A program made the position numbers and the translations under genes. Below the pieces are notes generated by a model. That model searched no databases. It was not told the origin of the DNA and was given only the letters and a program-made list of their open reading frames with translations. A stretch of 64,000 nucleotides of DNA from positions 26,102,001 through 26,166,000 of the forward strand of contig NC_073387.1 in NCBI RefSeq assembly GCF_028641065.1, in the 5' to 3' direction. This document shows, in pieces, positions 1-14,019 of the stretch; the first letter of the stretch is position 1, and each line of letters opens with the position of its first letter. The stretch comes from Leucoraja erinacea (taxonomy: Eukaryota).

Positions 1-330
1 CACCCATAAGCTAAAGATGGCTGCAATACAGGCCTGGCAGAGCATCACCAGAGAAGACACCCAGCAACTGGTGATGTCCATGAATCGCAGACTTCAAGCA
101 GTCATTGCATGCAAAGGATATACATCAAAATACTAAACATGACTACTTTGATTTACATGACATTGCTATGTACCAAACATTACGGAGCCCTGAAATGGGG
201 GGGACTATGTATAAACACTGCTGTAATTTATACATGGTGAAACCAAAATATATGAAAATGGCCTTTATTAAAATCTGACTATGTGCACTTTAACCACATG
301 TGTTTTTTTAATATTACAAATCTCAAATTG
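1..330 (+). mobile_element. Tc1/mariner transposon 3' fragment
   Basis: Encodes LKMAAIQAWQSITREDTQQLVMSMNRRLQAVIACKGYTSKY*, a typical Tc1 transposase C-terminus. The reverse complement of the same sequence occurs at ~56280-56610. Confidence 0.8.
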
Positions 331-334
331 CTTG

Positions 335-560
335 TACAGAGTTTGCCCGTTACCTGCGTGGGTTTTCTCCGAGACCGTTGGTTTCCACCCACTTTCAAGA
401 CGTACAGGTTTGTAGGTTAACTGGCTTGGTAGAAATGTGAAATTGTCCCGAGTGTGTGTAGGATAGTGTTAGAGTGCGGAGATCATTGGCCAGTGCGCAC
501 TCTGTGGGCCAAAGGGCCTGTTTCCGTGCTGTATCGCTACACTAAACTAAACTAGAACTA
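335..560 (+). mobile_element. V-SINE-like (HE1-type) SINE fragment
   Basis: Central tgcgtgggttttctcc motif and a 3' tail gggcctgtttccgtgctgtat...(actaa)n. Related copies at ~38000-38470 and ~55915-56170. Confidence 0.6.
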
Positions 561-625
561 ATGTCCTTTTGTGCTGCTGATATAGTACACATTTAACTTC
601 ACTGCTCCATATTTTTGTGCTGCAG

Positions 626-1766
626 CAGGAGAAAGCCCGTTCTGAAGTTTACGATCAAAGGCCAGAGAAGACGTGCTCATCTTCAATGCGTATTCAAGAC
701 CTGGAGAAGGTTTCTGTGATAAATCAACATATACACGAGGATATAGAAGAGAAAGTCCTGATATTCAATCAACATGTTCAGGATGATATAGATGAGAAAG
801 TTTCAAAACTGAACCAGCATTTTCAGGATGATATAGAAGAAAAACTTAATCAGCAAGAGCTATGGCACCAAGTGGAGTTGCAGCGAGTAAGTAGCATCTT
901 GACTAGCAGGTTGGAGCAGCTTAAAGACAGAATTAGAGATTCCATCAAAGCAAACTTCAATGTAAGTGATTTGCCCAGAGATGATTTTGCAGAGTTGCCA
1001 CCTATAGGAAAAGGCTTTCTAATAGACAGTAATGGCACCATGGACAAAGAAGAATCAAAAATAATAGACCACCAGAAACTTAATTTGAACTTATCATTAA
1101 CAACAACACCAGGGATTTTGCAGAACCATTTGCTGGCTGGAAATAAGCACACAGTTGTCACAAATCAAGAGCATATTAGTCCTAATATGTTTGTACTAGA
1201 AAATTCATTAGGGAAGAAATCACGAGGCAATACTGCATTATCTTCAAAGGCGGAAAATACTGCAACATCTCGACTGGAGGATGTCGGTTCAGCGGTGCTG
1301 AATAAATCATCTTCAGAGTTGAAAGTGATAGAACAAGTCTCAAAAAGTGGGAAGCAGCCAAGGCAACCCAAGCAACATATTTCAGAGGTGACCAAAGGCA
1401 AATCGGTGCTTTCAAGGAAAGAGCAGGAGCACCCTCCAGTTTCAAAACTGCAGGGTTCCAAGCAGGCTACGGCTAAACATAAGACAAACCAGAACCATGA
1501 TGGCAAGTCAGCAGATTCTGTGAAGGCGATTGCCAAATGTGAAGAGCCCCGGCAAGGCAAATGGAAGGGAGTCTGTGTTCTTGGCAACTCTGAAACTGCT
1601 GAGGTCAGGAAATACAATTCTAAAAACTCAAACTCCGAAAAGATGGAAGGCCCTGAAATTAAGGGAGTTAAAGAGGAGCAGCATATGTTATCTGAAATGT
1701 CTCAGTCAAAGGGCAAGAATAGGAAAGTCAAAAAGAAGAAACATGACAAGACCAACAACACTGTTG
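626..1766 (+). CDS. FAM193B: FAM193B large internal exon (NAGNAG acceptor, start 626 or 629)
   Basis: Acceptor tgcag/cag and donor G/GTAAG at 1766/1767, open throughout. The motif ELQRVSSILTSRLEQLKDRIRDSIKANFNVSDL resembles the conserved FAM193B segment. Its phase-1 end joins in frame to the DDVFLPKD exon. Confidence 0.85.
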
Positions 1767-2934
1767 GTAAGTTTTGTTGATATACATTTTGGTTCATGTT
1801 CAGCCCTGAAAGAGCTTTGTGACTGACAGAGAAAATAGGTATTTAGAAAACTTCTGAAAGCGGTGGGGCTTGGGATGCCGCGTAATGACACTTCCCTGTT
1901 ATCATTTAGATTAGGTAAAAAAAGAACTTTTTAGTGGAAGTAGTGAACATTAATAACTGACCAAAAGTTGGCATGTGTCAGGCACAGGAGTATATCTTCA
2001 AAATGGGCCAAATTACGACACATCCCCTGCATTTTACCAAGATCAGTGGGAGTACAGATGCTTAGAAACTGGTGTACTAATTGTCAGGTGTCAGCCAAAG
2101 GTTAGAATGGAAAGCATTAAAGATTGTTATCCTGATTTGGAGCTGAAAATCTAGAACTCTTCACAAAAGGAGGAATCACTAGGTCTCCTATTCTTGAACT
2201 TTTAGAATTGTCCTCTGTTAGTTGGCACCTACTCCTGCGCTAGTGGAAACAAGATTTACGTTTTTTTAAGTAACTCCTTGCTGAAGTGTAATGTATTTGG
2301 AAATTATTTTTTTTGTTAACCTGAATTTCTTAGAATTTCAAGTTGCCTTGGCAGATGTAATGAAAAGGCTTTTATTCACTTATGGGACATAGGTAGCCAT
2401 CACACCAGAGACTGTTTGTTGATTTAACAAAATAGCATAATTTTATACTTTAATGTAAACTGCTGCAGCTTCTGATCACTTGAATGAGTAATGGCACAGG
2501 GATCATGATTGAGAAAATTGAGGTTCCATTGTTAGTAACAAAGATTCACGCCAGTTCTATGGGCAGGTGGAATAGGTGTTTAATTAAATTCCTTTGTGCT
2601 CAAACAATATGATGCTGAGCTTATGTGCCATGAAATATTAGCTTGCTTATTCCTCAACCACTGACAACTACCCATTTAAGCTGATCCAACATTAATTCCA
2701 TTATTTAATTCTCCCAATGTTTTCATCAACCACTACACCCCCCCCCCCCCCCCTCCAATTTTTACCATGCACCTACAAACCAAGCACAATTTAAAGTAGC
2801 CAACAAACTTACCTACACCTTGAGATGTGGGAAAGCCACAGCAATAGGAGAAACCCACACATTTACAGAGAAAATGTGCTACCTCTACAGACAGCACCTG
2901 TGCTCAGACCTGAACTCTTTGACACTGAGGCAGC

Positions 2935-4145
2935 CACCTCGACTTGGACCATCTCCGACATCTCCCTACCGTTTTTATCTCACCGTCTCCATCACAGGAG
3001 ATAGTCTATCGACTGACATCTATTATAAACCTACTGACTCACACAGCTATCTAGACTACACTTCTTCGCACCTTGCCTCCTGCAAAGACTATCCGCTACT
3101 CCCAATTCCTCCGTCTACGTGGCATCTGCCCCGAAGATGAGGTGTTCCATACCAGGACATCTGAAATGTCCTCATTCTTTAGGGAAGGTGGTTTCCCTCT
3201 TCCATCATAGATGAGGCTCTCACTAGAATCTCCTCAATATCCCGCAGATCCGCTCATGCTCCCCCTCCCACCAGTCGCACACAGTGCCCCTGGTCCTCGC
3301 CTTTCACCCTATCAGCCGTCGCGTATAGCACATAATTCTCCCAACATTTTTACCACCTCCAACCACACCCACCACTAGCCACATCTTCCCATCTCCACCC
3401 CTTTCCACAGAGACTGCTCCCTCCACAATTCCCTGGTTAACTCGTCCCTTCCCACCCAAACTAGCACCTCCCCAGGTACTTTCCCCTGCAGCCGCAGGAG
3501 ATACAACACCTGTCCCTACACCTCCTTCCTCGACTCTGTCCAAGGACCCCGAACGTCTTTTCAGGTGAAGCAGAGGTTCACTTGCACCTCCTCCAACCTC
3601 ATCTATTGTATCTGCTGTTCCAGATGTGGACTCCTATATATCGGCGAGACCAAGCACGAGCTCGGCAGACGTTTAGCTGAACATCTCTGCTCAGTCTGCC
3701 TAAACCTATCTGATCTCCCGGTAGCCAAACACTTTAACTCCCCTTCCTCCCACATTGACCATTCTGTCCTGGGCCTCTTCCATTGCCAGAGTGAGGCCCA
3801 GCGCAAATTAGAGGAACAGCACCTCATATTTCGCTATTGAATTCTTGCTTTCAATCTCTCTCCATACCTCCCCTTCCCAGTTCTCCCACCAATCTAACTG
3901 TCCCGATTACATTTTATCTCTGTTTGCTTTGTTGTCACCTCCCCCTAGCTAACAATAATTTATTCTACATTTTTCATGATCTACATCCCCTTTTAATGTC
4001 TTGTTCTCACACCTTACACTTCTTTATCTCTGTGTCTCCCTCTTTCCTGACTTTCAGTCTGAAGAACCGTCTCGACCCGAGACGTCACCCATTCCTTCTA
4101 TCCAGAGATACTGCCTGTCCCACTGAGTTACTCCTGCATTTTGAG
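2935..4145 (+). mobile_element. Penelope-like retroelement, degenerate (RT C-terminus + GIY-YIG endonuclease + 3' repeat)
   Basis: TDIYYKPTDSHSYLDYTSSH (RT C-terminus) and FTCTSSNLIYCICCSRCGLLYIGETK...RLAEH (GIY-YIG); frameshifted. Confidence 0.85.
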
Positions 4146-4384
4146 TCTAACCTTGACCACTGCTGCCAAAGATATTTGCATAACTAACTGTACTAATTGG
4201 CAAGTAGAATCTTGCAGACTATATAATCGTGAATTTGTGTTGGAATGGGTCAAGCTCCAGCCTGCTTCTGAAGGTGAAAAGTACCAGGAAATAATCAACG
4301 AAGCATGTTGGTAGAGCATATTGTTGTAATTTTTCTGTGAAATAATGTAATATTTTTTTTCTGCTCTTCTAATAACAACCCCAG

Positions 4385-4447
4385 TGCAGAGAGCTGATGA
4401 ATGTGCCGAAAAGCAAGAAGGTGTTCGGACAAGACCTAAACAAAATG
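4385..4447 (+). CDS. FAM193B: Candidate 63-nt symmetric cassette exon of FAM193B
   Basis: Pyrimidine tract + ccag acceptor and ATG/GTAAGG donor. Phase 1-1 and open in the FAM193B frame (VQRADECAEKQEGVRTRPKQN). No homology support. Confidence 0.5.
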
Positions 4448-5353
4448 GTAAGGAAGCACCAGTAAAATGAAATGCTTAATATTTTGGCTCCTTTTGGTTT
4501 TATATTTTAAAGCTCAAACCAGTACTTTGATGACTAAGTTGGTGTTCTTTTTTTTAAACATAACTTGGATTGCCAAATTTTCATAACAGATTTTCATACC
4601 GGATGCACTTTCATAACTATAAATGAAAATTATTAAAACAGTGCAAATGCTGGAAATCTGAAATAAAAATAAAAATGTTGGTGCATGCAGCAGGTCAGAG
4701 CAAGTGAGGGGGAGCCGAGTAGAATAAAGGGAACATCTCTGATTAGGTAAGACCAAATGTGGCAGTTGGAAGCACATACTCTTTGTCTATGTTAGATGTT
4801 GTCATTTGTGGGTCAGGCTGTACTAACGAGAGGAAAACTGAGCCCAAATCATAAATGGATGACTGGCAAAAATGGCCAGTTCTGAAATGAATGGAAAAAA
4901 GCACGTTACCTAAAGCTGGAAAACATGTTTAGAGTTCAGAAAACTGCAGCACCTCTGCATAGAGGTTACATTGGGGCTTGTTGTAACCATGCAGAGGTCA
5001 CAAACATATAGCTCAGACATGGGGGAGGAGAATAAAAGTGGCAAAAACCGGAAGCTCGGGGTCGTTGCAGTGGACCACAATGCAGAGGAGACCAAATATT
5101 GAATATCACTTAACGTTCATATTGTGAACATTTACAACTGTGTCAGAGCTATGCAAGAAGTCTATTTGTAACCACTAACGATTGCCTGTGGTGTTTGTAT
5201 TCTATTCTAAACTGATCTTCAAATTCAAATGACTGAATTGCTTTAATTTTAAATATTGTGTGTTAAATTGAAGATAGTCGATTCTATGTTATTATGCAGA
5301 AATTCGTCATTTGAGCTTTGCATCCTTACTGAGCAGCTCTTTTCATTTCTCAG

Positions 5354-5435
5354 ATGATGTATTTCTTCCCAAAGACATTGATTTAGAAAATGTGGAGATG
5401 GATGAAACGGACCGTGAGGTGGAACATTTTAAGAG
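5354..5435 (+). CDS. FAM193B: FAM193B penultimate coding exon
   Basis: Encodes DDVFLPKDIDLENVEMDETDREVEHFKR, the FAM193 C-terminal domain. Acceptor tttctcag; non-canonical donor AG/GCAAGT. Confidence 0.92.
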
Positions 5436-6836
5436 GCAAGTAAAAAGAGAACCTAATTGGCATGAGTTTCAACAGCGATTCGGATAGGCAGTCTTCTTCA
5501 ACGTGTGAAAAGGAGACAATTCATATTAGCAGAAGTTTTCAGTTATACTGACATTTCTTTATTTTCTGTCAACAATGACACAAATAACTAACAATAAAAT
5601 GACTTTGGAGTGCATTCCCATGTTTATCTCTTTTCATACTCCTGCTTTTTCAATGCGAAAGCTATTGCATCTCTTGTTTATGCTTTGAGTGCTCCCTCTT
5701 GTGCTCAAGCCTTGCATTACTCATTTCTCGATTGTCACTTGCTATCTTGAATTTTTTAATCCATTTTTAGTTTACTTTTAATTTTCTGGTGTTTTCTTCC
5801 CTCGATAGATCTCATCAATTTTACCCACTCATTGCTGCTATTTCTTACCGGTATATTCTCTCCCTTATTAGTTTTGCTCTTCCTTGACCTTGCCTTTCAG
5901 TTCTTGTATGCCCTGGTCCCAGGTTCACTCACTTGCATTGTTCATCAATCCTAGCAGGCAGGATTGAGCTGATGGCTGGCCAGCAGTTGTACATAGAACT
6001 GTTGGATAACTGGGTATTAGCATCAACATGATCTTCCTGCCATTATGTCACATCAAAGCCAGCTATCAGTGCATTGCACCCAAAACCCGCCACCAAGTCC
6101 AAGGGCTTCTCCAGATGGCCTCAAGCTGAGTGGTCAGTTGTGCAGTATCAGGCCCCTTTACTTCATGTCGCTTGTCTAATGTGATTCTATTAATTTGAAT
6201 AGAGTTGCTGACCTGGAAGAAAATAGTAAGTGGTTTACTTAGATTGTTTTAAATTGTATGAGGTAAGTGTATTTTTAAATAAATGTGTGTAACATGTTAG
6301 TTTTTTTTAATTAAGCAGAGACATATTGGATACAATTATAAAGACCATCAAGGGTGATCTGAGATCAGGGTGATAGGATAGCAATTTGATGCCTGGTTGT
6401 TCCTGGCTGAATGCACTGCTCTGGTCTGGCTGGAGCCACGTGACCTTTCGGATGGTTTGGATAAGAGAATAGTATTTGTGCTGACCTGAATCATTTGCCA
6501 GATCAAACATTATTATCAAACATCTTTATTAACATTTCTAAGTAGATAAAAGCATAAACATTTCAAACATAAATAGAAATGAAGAATGATCACCATTGTA
6601 TTCATCCTAAATACCATGTTAGCATTTTGTTACTCATCTTCATAATTGACATTTTCTTTTGTAGTTATTTTTGCTGAAAACAACAAAACTCTACTTTTTA
6701 TTTCATTTGCAACGAATAGCATTTTGTTTTGTAGAATACAGCAGGTGAGTTATTTTTTTGTGTGGATATTTAATTCGTATAGCAAAGCAGGAATAACAAT
6801 GTCGTTGGTATGTTTTTTCGTTCGATTTTGCTCTGA

Positions 6837-6956
<120 letters not shown>

Positions 6957-9190
6957 AGAGGGCACCCAGCTCTTGCCTAACAGAAACTGGAAATGCCCTG
7001 CGGTTATCATTCCTTGCTGCGATGGATATCAGCCTGCTCTCACAGCTTAAGCCAATTTGCTGTGATGTATGAACAACTTGCTGTGATGTCATCCACAACC
7101 AGTGCCTTAGCCAGAAGAAGTGCACGTCTCTAAGTGGGTGGCTTAATTGTTTCTTGGGTTTGTTTCTTGTGCTTTATGGTCATTGTGAGAAATGTTGTCG
7201 ATAAGTGTTGACACCAGTGAAGCAAATGGGAGTTCCAGTAGAAATCAATATGGGAATTGTAAAGTTCCAAAGTTTGCAAAATGTTTTTTGGGCAGTCAAG
7301 TCAGATAAAATGTGGAATAGGATAGTTGTTTGGTCGTTAAAGTGACAGTAAGGCAGGGCAGTCACATTTCATGCTACTTGAGGATTGTCTCTTGTGCAAT
7401 GATCTGTAAATGGAACTGATTTTTAGGAAAACGTCTTGGTCTTAAATCTAAATAAAATCTGTCAGCATAAAAATCAAATAATATTTAACATCTTGGATTT
7501 TGCACCAATTGGGTGTAGCTTTAATTAGCCCCTTTGGCAAGATGTGTATAGTAATTGCTGTCCTAAGAATGTCTCATGAGAACTGGAGTAAAGGTGAATA
7601 TTATCAATAGTCATCTCTGGGAACACAATTCAGTGATAAGAGCAAAGACTACATTTGAAATGTAACAATGCTATAGTGTGTTTTGTCAACTGGGAAGGTA
7701 GATCATGTGCCTTTTGATTGTCCATTTCTCTTCCCAGTTCTAATTCTGAGACCTTTGAACGTACATTTATAGAATCAGAAAAATAAATTGAGGCGATTAC
7801 TTTCAAAACTGACACCCAGGTTAGTGCAGCCCGTTTTCCTTAATAGGTATGTAAATAAGCTGTGTATTTGGAAGCTGTTGAAACAGTGTAGAGGGAATGG
7901 TGAAATTGCCAATACCATTTAAAATCGGCTTTGAAAAATGCTCTGATTTTTGTAGCTCTTAAATTAGCTAGCTAAATTTTTTGACAGCATTAGACCCAAG
8001 CAATGCTATATAGAAACAATGACGAGGCTAATAGCACAGCAATTAATTGTGTGCAGGCAACTGCATTGGTGCTTATTTTACACACTACCAGGTAGTGACA
8101 ATCTGCCCATTACAGGAGGTGCTGCGCTGTAATGGAAGTCTTACATCAGCATTTTTGATCGTGCTTTCTCTCTTCTCAATTACATCATCAATCTCAGAAG
8201 TGCACAGTTCCCTATCTTAACAATAGCTTTTTTAAAGCTGTTTTGACACCAAACCAATATTCTAAGTGTTGTTGAAGCACAAATTTTGGACAAATACTAT
8301 CTATAACATAGAATTCCAATGCCGATGTACCAGGGTAATGATCTGAAAATCTGGTGTTGCTTATAATTTGGTTGGAAATGAAGAGTAAATATGGAACTGC
8401 AAACTCTTTAAAATCAAAAATCAGAGTTTATGTTTTGGTTATAATGTGAGTGGCAGAGCTTGATCAACCAATTGTGTTCCTTTGCTGACCTCGTACAGCA
8501 AATTATCTACACAGTGATCAGACTCTGATCATAAGCCCAATAATATTTGTATTCAGCCCAAGTACAATCAACAATTGAGCATACTAAATCTGATCTCCTT
8601 GGTTATTTCTGGTAAATAAAATGCTGCAAGTACATTGCTTCTTTCTCCTTTTCTTTTTATAATTAATTTCTATTCCTTAAATTGCTGCCACATCCCAGCC
8701 AAGAATAAGATCATAATTGCCAGAAAGAAAAAAAATGATTTGGCCATGTGGTATCTTCATGGCGAGTAAGTATTAACTGCTGAACTGACGGTGATAACCA
8801 GCTGGTTGGTATCTTCTATAGTCATGGAGTAAACCGCATTTTGCAGTATATTGTACTGTAAGTTAAAGACTTCCTACTGCGCCACCATATTGGAGTGTGT
8901 AGTGGTGACAATATATAAACCTGTAGTGGCCGACCCACTTTCATATCATGGTCAATTTCAAGCATGGATGCTAATTGATCATTTATGATAAACTTTATAT
9001 GTGTTTAGAACCACATTGTAAATATCCTGTGTATAGTGGTGTCGGTGCAGATAGTGCTAATGCACATCTGTACATTACAGAATGACAAACAAATCTTTAT
9101 ATTCAAGTGTTTTTATCAATAACTCTTAGTAAAGTAAATTGGCTATAATCGTTGTAAAGTTCATTTTATGTGAAGATTAAATAAAGTCCT
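6957..9190 (+). other. FAM193B: Probable long FAM193B 3' UTR
   Basis: AT-rich and free of recognisable repeats. AATAAA at ~7451, ~7783, ~8616 and ~9180; the true end cannot be determined. Confidence 0.45.
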
Positions 9191-12100
9191 CACCAATGTG
9201 ATGGAAACTGAATGAAAACTTTCCTGTTGTGTATTAGTGACTGTAGCTGGATTTGCATTGTAGTATATGATTCTTGTTTCATCCTTTACTTTTCATTGTT
9301 GTAAACAGATCATTCTTGTTGCAACTTGAAGACATGTGAGTCACAGAGCAGCAGTCCATTCCCATGAAGTGGCATTTTATATTATAGTATTTGCTTTACT
9401 TGTTTTTGTTTTGTTTATAAAACCAGCTTCTTGGCATGTGTCCTGTTTTTTTTTTTTGTTTTTTTTTGTCCTGTTTATGCTGTCTTTAATTTGGTTTCCT
9501 TTTGGAAGAAGGAAGTATATGTTCTGTTTGTAATGGATGCTACAATTAATATGATTTTTGTCTGAATCTCATAACCATCTCCACAGCGCTCAAATTCTCA
9601 GCAAGATTTAGATTGGGATATATTCACATTATATGTTGGACTGAGCCCTCTGGAAGAAATGTTTTTAATTTGAAATAAGAATATTGTTTCTGAACAGTTG
9701 TAGGGAAAGGTATCTTATGGTATAAATTCATTTTGTGTTGTATGCTCCATTTCATGCCTGCAGCAGATCCCAGAAATGTTTGGGGAAGTAATTCCCATCC
9801 ACTGAAACAGTTTCATGTATGCTTCACTTTGTTTAAAATACGTGTTTGAAGTAACCCCGTGTAGTTTTCAAAATGTGAAATCTTATCAATTTATAATCCT
9901 GCAATTGGTTGTTTAAATAGATTTTGTTCCATTATATGTATCTTTATTTTGTATTGTAACAAGAGCATTTTTATCTATTTCAAACCAAAAATTGTTAGTT
10001 TTATACGACTTTCTGGCACCAGCCAGTCTGAACTAAAACGCAGTGGTATAAGCCAATGTTCTGACTGTTAATTCTGAAAAGAATGTAGGTTTCTATTATG
10101 CTGGCCGAGACATTTTTGATATCCTTTTTTAAATTATGTACTGTGAATTGTCTTTCTTTTGAAAGATAAATACAATGTCTTGATGAAGATATGTGTGCTT
10201 ATTTTCTTAGAGATTTGTTCTGCATCCATTTGTAGGTCCAGAAAGACTTGAGAAGGATTGGTGGGATTTGACAAGAAGTGACATTCATCAAGCGTCATCT
10301 GTCTATGAAATCCAACACAGAAATTGTTTGCCATTAATTACAGCATTTAGCCATGACGATAGTTATCCCAGCAGCGCAGAAATGCCTACTGCTTAGTCTG
10401 TTCAGAGTCAGAAAAAGAAATCACGTAAAAGCATTATATTTGACCTGGATCCATTTTTTTAAAAGTGTTAATGTGAGAACTCAAAACAGTTCTCTGCACT
10501 ACATGCCCTTATATTGTTTATGTTCCCGAGAAACCGGTTAGACACAATTTTGTGCCAGTCCGGTATCTATTTTCTACTTTGCTAAATGAAACCCTTCAGC
10601 TGACAACAAATGTAGTTGATAACAGCTGTTAACAAAAGTGCACTTTCTCCTATACAATTAGTGATATTGGTTAGAAGAGCTCATAATCCTGTGCTTTTCA
10701 CAATCAAGGATTTAACTTTCTGGAATGGAGAGGAAAGTAATTACAGCTGGATTTTTTTTCTAATTAGACGGTGAAATTAGAAATTAATTTATTTATATTT
10801 CCGAGAATCTTTTCCAAAAGAAAGTAAATCAGCATCTTTAGAAAATGACGTCTTCCATTGAAGTTTTAATCAAGTTTGATGTTTTTCTTCAAGTTATACA
10901 AAGTTGTGCGTTCAAAGATCCTAATCACTGCAAGACTTAATCTGAAAACCTACAAGAAATTATCACCCTGTTATTGAAAACACAAGTTTCCGTTTTTAAT
11001 GAGTTTGGTAATGGGTGAAGCTGAAGTCCTTTTGAGTTTTTTTTATATGGCATTTCTCACGAGTTTGCGAAGGTTGCGTTGACCATTGGATACACCTTTT
11101 CCTGAGCACTTCAGCCTTAAAATAGATCCAGGGTTTAAGATTTCAATATCTCACCTACATTAAAATGTTTTAATATACTAATCTGACTTTTGAAACTTCA
11201 ACTCTTTTTATGTAGATATGTAAATGCTATAATATTTTGCGGTTCTAATATCTCAGTTCATCAAGAATGAAGTCCAATCAAGGCCAAATCTGCAACCAAG
11301 TACAACATAATGTACAATTTTAGAAATGGTCCTCACATGATTTGCCATCAAGGTGATACTTTATGTATGTAGAGATTACAGCTGTAGAGTGAGCAATGTT
11401 ACACCTAGAACGCACGCAGCTTTGTATTTTCACCATATCTTCAAATCGCAATTATTTCATCAATTAAAATATATTTGGCACAATATTTAAATTTTAAGAT
11501 AAGAAATGTGACCAACAAAACAAGATGCAGGAGGAATTCAGTGGATCTGGCACCATTTGTGGAGGGAAATAGACAGACAATGTTTTCAGGTCTGAAGAAT
11601 GGTCCTGACCCCATATCTTATCTGTTCATTTCCCTTTACAGATACTGCTTGACCCACTGAATTGCTCCAAATTTTTTTTTTTTTTATAATGTTCAGTATT
11701 GAATAATAAGACAGATTCAGTTCACAGCCTGATGACGCACTCACGTTTATTAAAAAAAAATGAAAACATCATGTTCAATATTGTGTTAACCTTTGAGAAA
11801 TGCAAAATTGGAGCCAAGATATGAGTAAAGGTGACCTCTTCAATATTAATATCTTCAATATGTAATTCCCACGATGTGTGATTCAATCTTATTTTGGTTT
11901 AGTTTTTCCTGGTAAATTGATGGTATGTGGGAAAAGCCAGCCTTAATGATCAACATGGAACAACTTTTTAAATGGTGGAACAAACTATGAACTGTTATTA
12001 TTATTGTATTGCCATTCCCAATGTGTGATCACACAATGTAGTTGAGCAAAGTGAAATTTTATCCAAGTACTATGATTGGAGACTTCGTTAGCTTGGACAA

Positions 12101-12520
12101 TTAAGTGTAGAGAGCAAAGGAGGTGATATTTTGTACCTGCAGTACTTGTGATGGTTTAATGAGTAAGTCTGTGAATTTTGTCATGTTTCATGCAGAGTAG
12201 AATATTTTCATAGTTTACAAAAGACAAAAAGATAAAGATAAAAAAATAGAATAATAAAAAAAATTTAAAAATTGAATAATTTTCTTCCAAGTTAGATTGG
12301 TGTGCAACTTTGATAGGCTGTGGGCCGAGCATCAAAAATGTGTCTAGAAATCGGTTTTCGTGACCCAAGTCACCAAACTACATGAAACTTTCCACAGATT
12401 TAGATGAAATATAATTGAGAAGGATGTCATAACTCGTCATAGCCAAAAGTTGCACATTAATTAATTAAACTAATTAGAAAATGGAATCGGGAAAGTAAGC
12501 ACCATTTAGTGGCCAATGCC

Positions 12521-13559
12521 TAGGTATGTTACAAAACCTACCTGAATCGTGGCTGAGCATCTGCCCCACCCCTTGTGCGCGATTTTGGCGCTGTTTAGAG
12601 GGGGGGGTTTAAAACGCGATTTTTACTAGGCTGTTCCAATCGAAAATGTTCAGCCTAGTAAATCATTAACGGAAAATCGCTGAAAGACCCCGTCGCAAAA
12701 GGTATTATTAGTTTTTATGGCCTTGTATAATATTTATAGTAGTTTAAAAATCACTCTCTCACTCCGCAACCTCTCGCAGCCCCAGGGTTTTATAAAGCAA
12801 ACAATTAAAGGTATGTACCTTATTTTTACATTAAATGGGGCTTGTATATAACCCTGTATATAAAGTTTTCTATAGCGAGTAGTTCATTTTGGGCTCTTTA
12901 TATCCCGCAGTATTTTTCTGGGCACTTGAGGGGCACAAATCCAGCGCAATGTGAACGTTCTAAACCAGCGCGTTCACAGGAACCCACTAGAAAGCCGATT
13001 TAAATTGACTTTAATTTACAGCAAATGAACACTAAATTCCTTCCATTTGGCCTATAAATTGATGTAAATGAGATTTAAAAATCATGTTTTATCGTGAATT
13101 ATTTGTGAATATCATTTGGACACTTGGGCTATTTAAAAATGTTAATCATTTATTAAGAAATGGATAGATGTTTAGATCTAGTGATTGAAGTTTGAAATTA
13201 GCTACAATTGGGTAACTAACTAATTATATGCTTTAATTTCAGGTCATCCAAGCAAGATTATTTTATATTTGTTTCAGAATGCTTCAATCTATGATAACTG
13301 AAAATTTCATTCAGTTCTCTTAATTTTTAAGAAGGTTATGGGCTTTTGACTGTCCACGATCACAGCTTTTTTGTTATGTCCATAGAAAATCAATAGGGAA
13401 CAAGATGCTAATTTCCGAGTATGAAAATGGCCATAACCTTTTTATTACTTGAGATATGAAAATGAATTAGGTGTCAAATTAAACTTATTGTTATGCTTTA
13501 TCTGATGGGATAAATTGCAGACTTGATTTTTTAAATCTCAAAATTTTGTAACATTGCTA
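12521..13559. mobile_element. Non-autonomous TIR element, copy 1 (7-bp TSD)
   Basis: Termini TAGGTATGTTACAAAA / TTTTGTAACATTGCTA, with direct repeat CAATGCC on both flanks. Homologous copy at 60800-61825. Confidence 0.85.
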
Positions 13560-14019
13560 CAATGCCCATATTACACCATGGGCAGCCTATTTCCGTGTTG
13601 CAGTCCATTTAAACTATATATTATTATTACACTAAATTAACATCCACCACAGTGAGTTCACCAGGCACCTCCTCACTGTGATGGAAGGCAAAAGTCTTAA
13701 GTCTTTGTCTCATCCTTTCTTATTCTCCCTCTGCGCCGAGACGATCCAGGCTTCAGATGTTGTGACCCGGCCGGGCGATGGTAAGTAATGTCAGTTCCGC
13801 GGCTGAATCCGAGCTCCGCCGACGGGCTGGTTCAACTCTGCGGCCCAGAGTGGTCGAAGCTGCCGAAGCTGCGGCCCTCCAGTCCAGCGGACGCAGCTGT
13901 TGTTGCGGAGGCTCCGGAGAGCAGGTCATAAACCTGTGACTGTGAGCTCCTGACGATGTCGTCCACTGGGCCCGCGGTCGGGTCGGGTGGCCGCTGCCGC
14001 CGGTACGCTGCCGCCGGAA

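Noticed and set aside
12313-12330. TIR similarity to Transib/RSS-like ends (ctgtgggcc)
   Set aside because: The termini lack the diagnostic 5' CAC, and there is no 5-bp TSD or RAG-like coding sequence. No RSS heptamer/nonamer was noticed beside the IgV exons either, so there is no evidence for somatic rearrangement.
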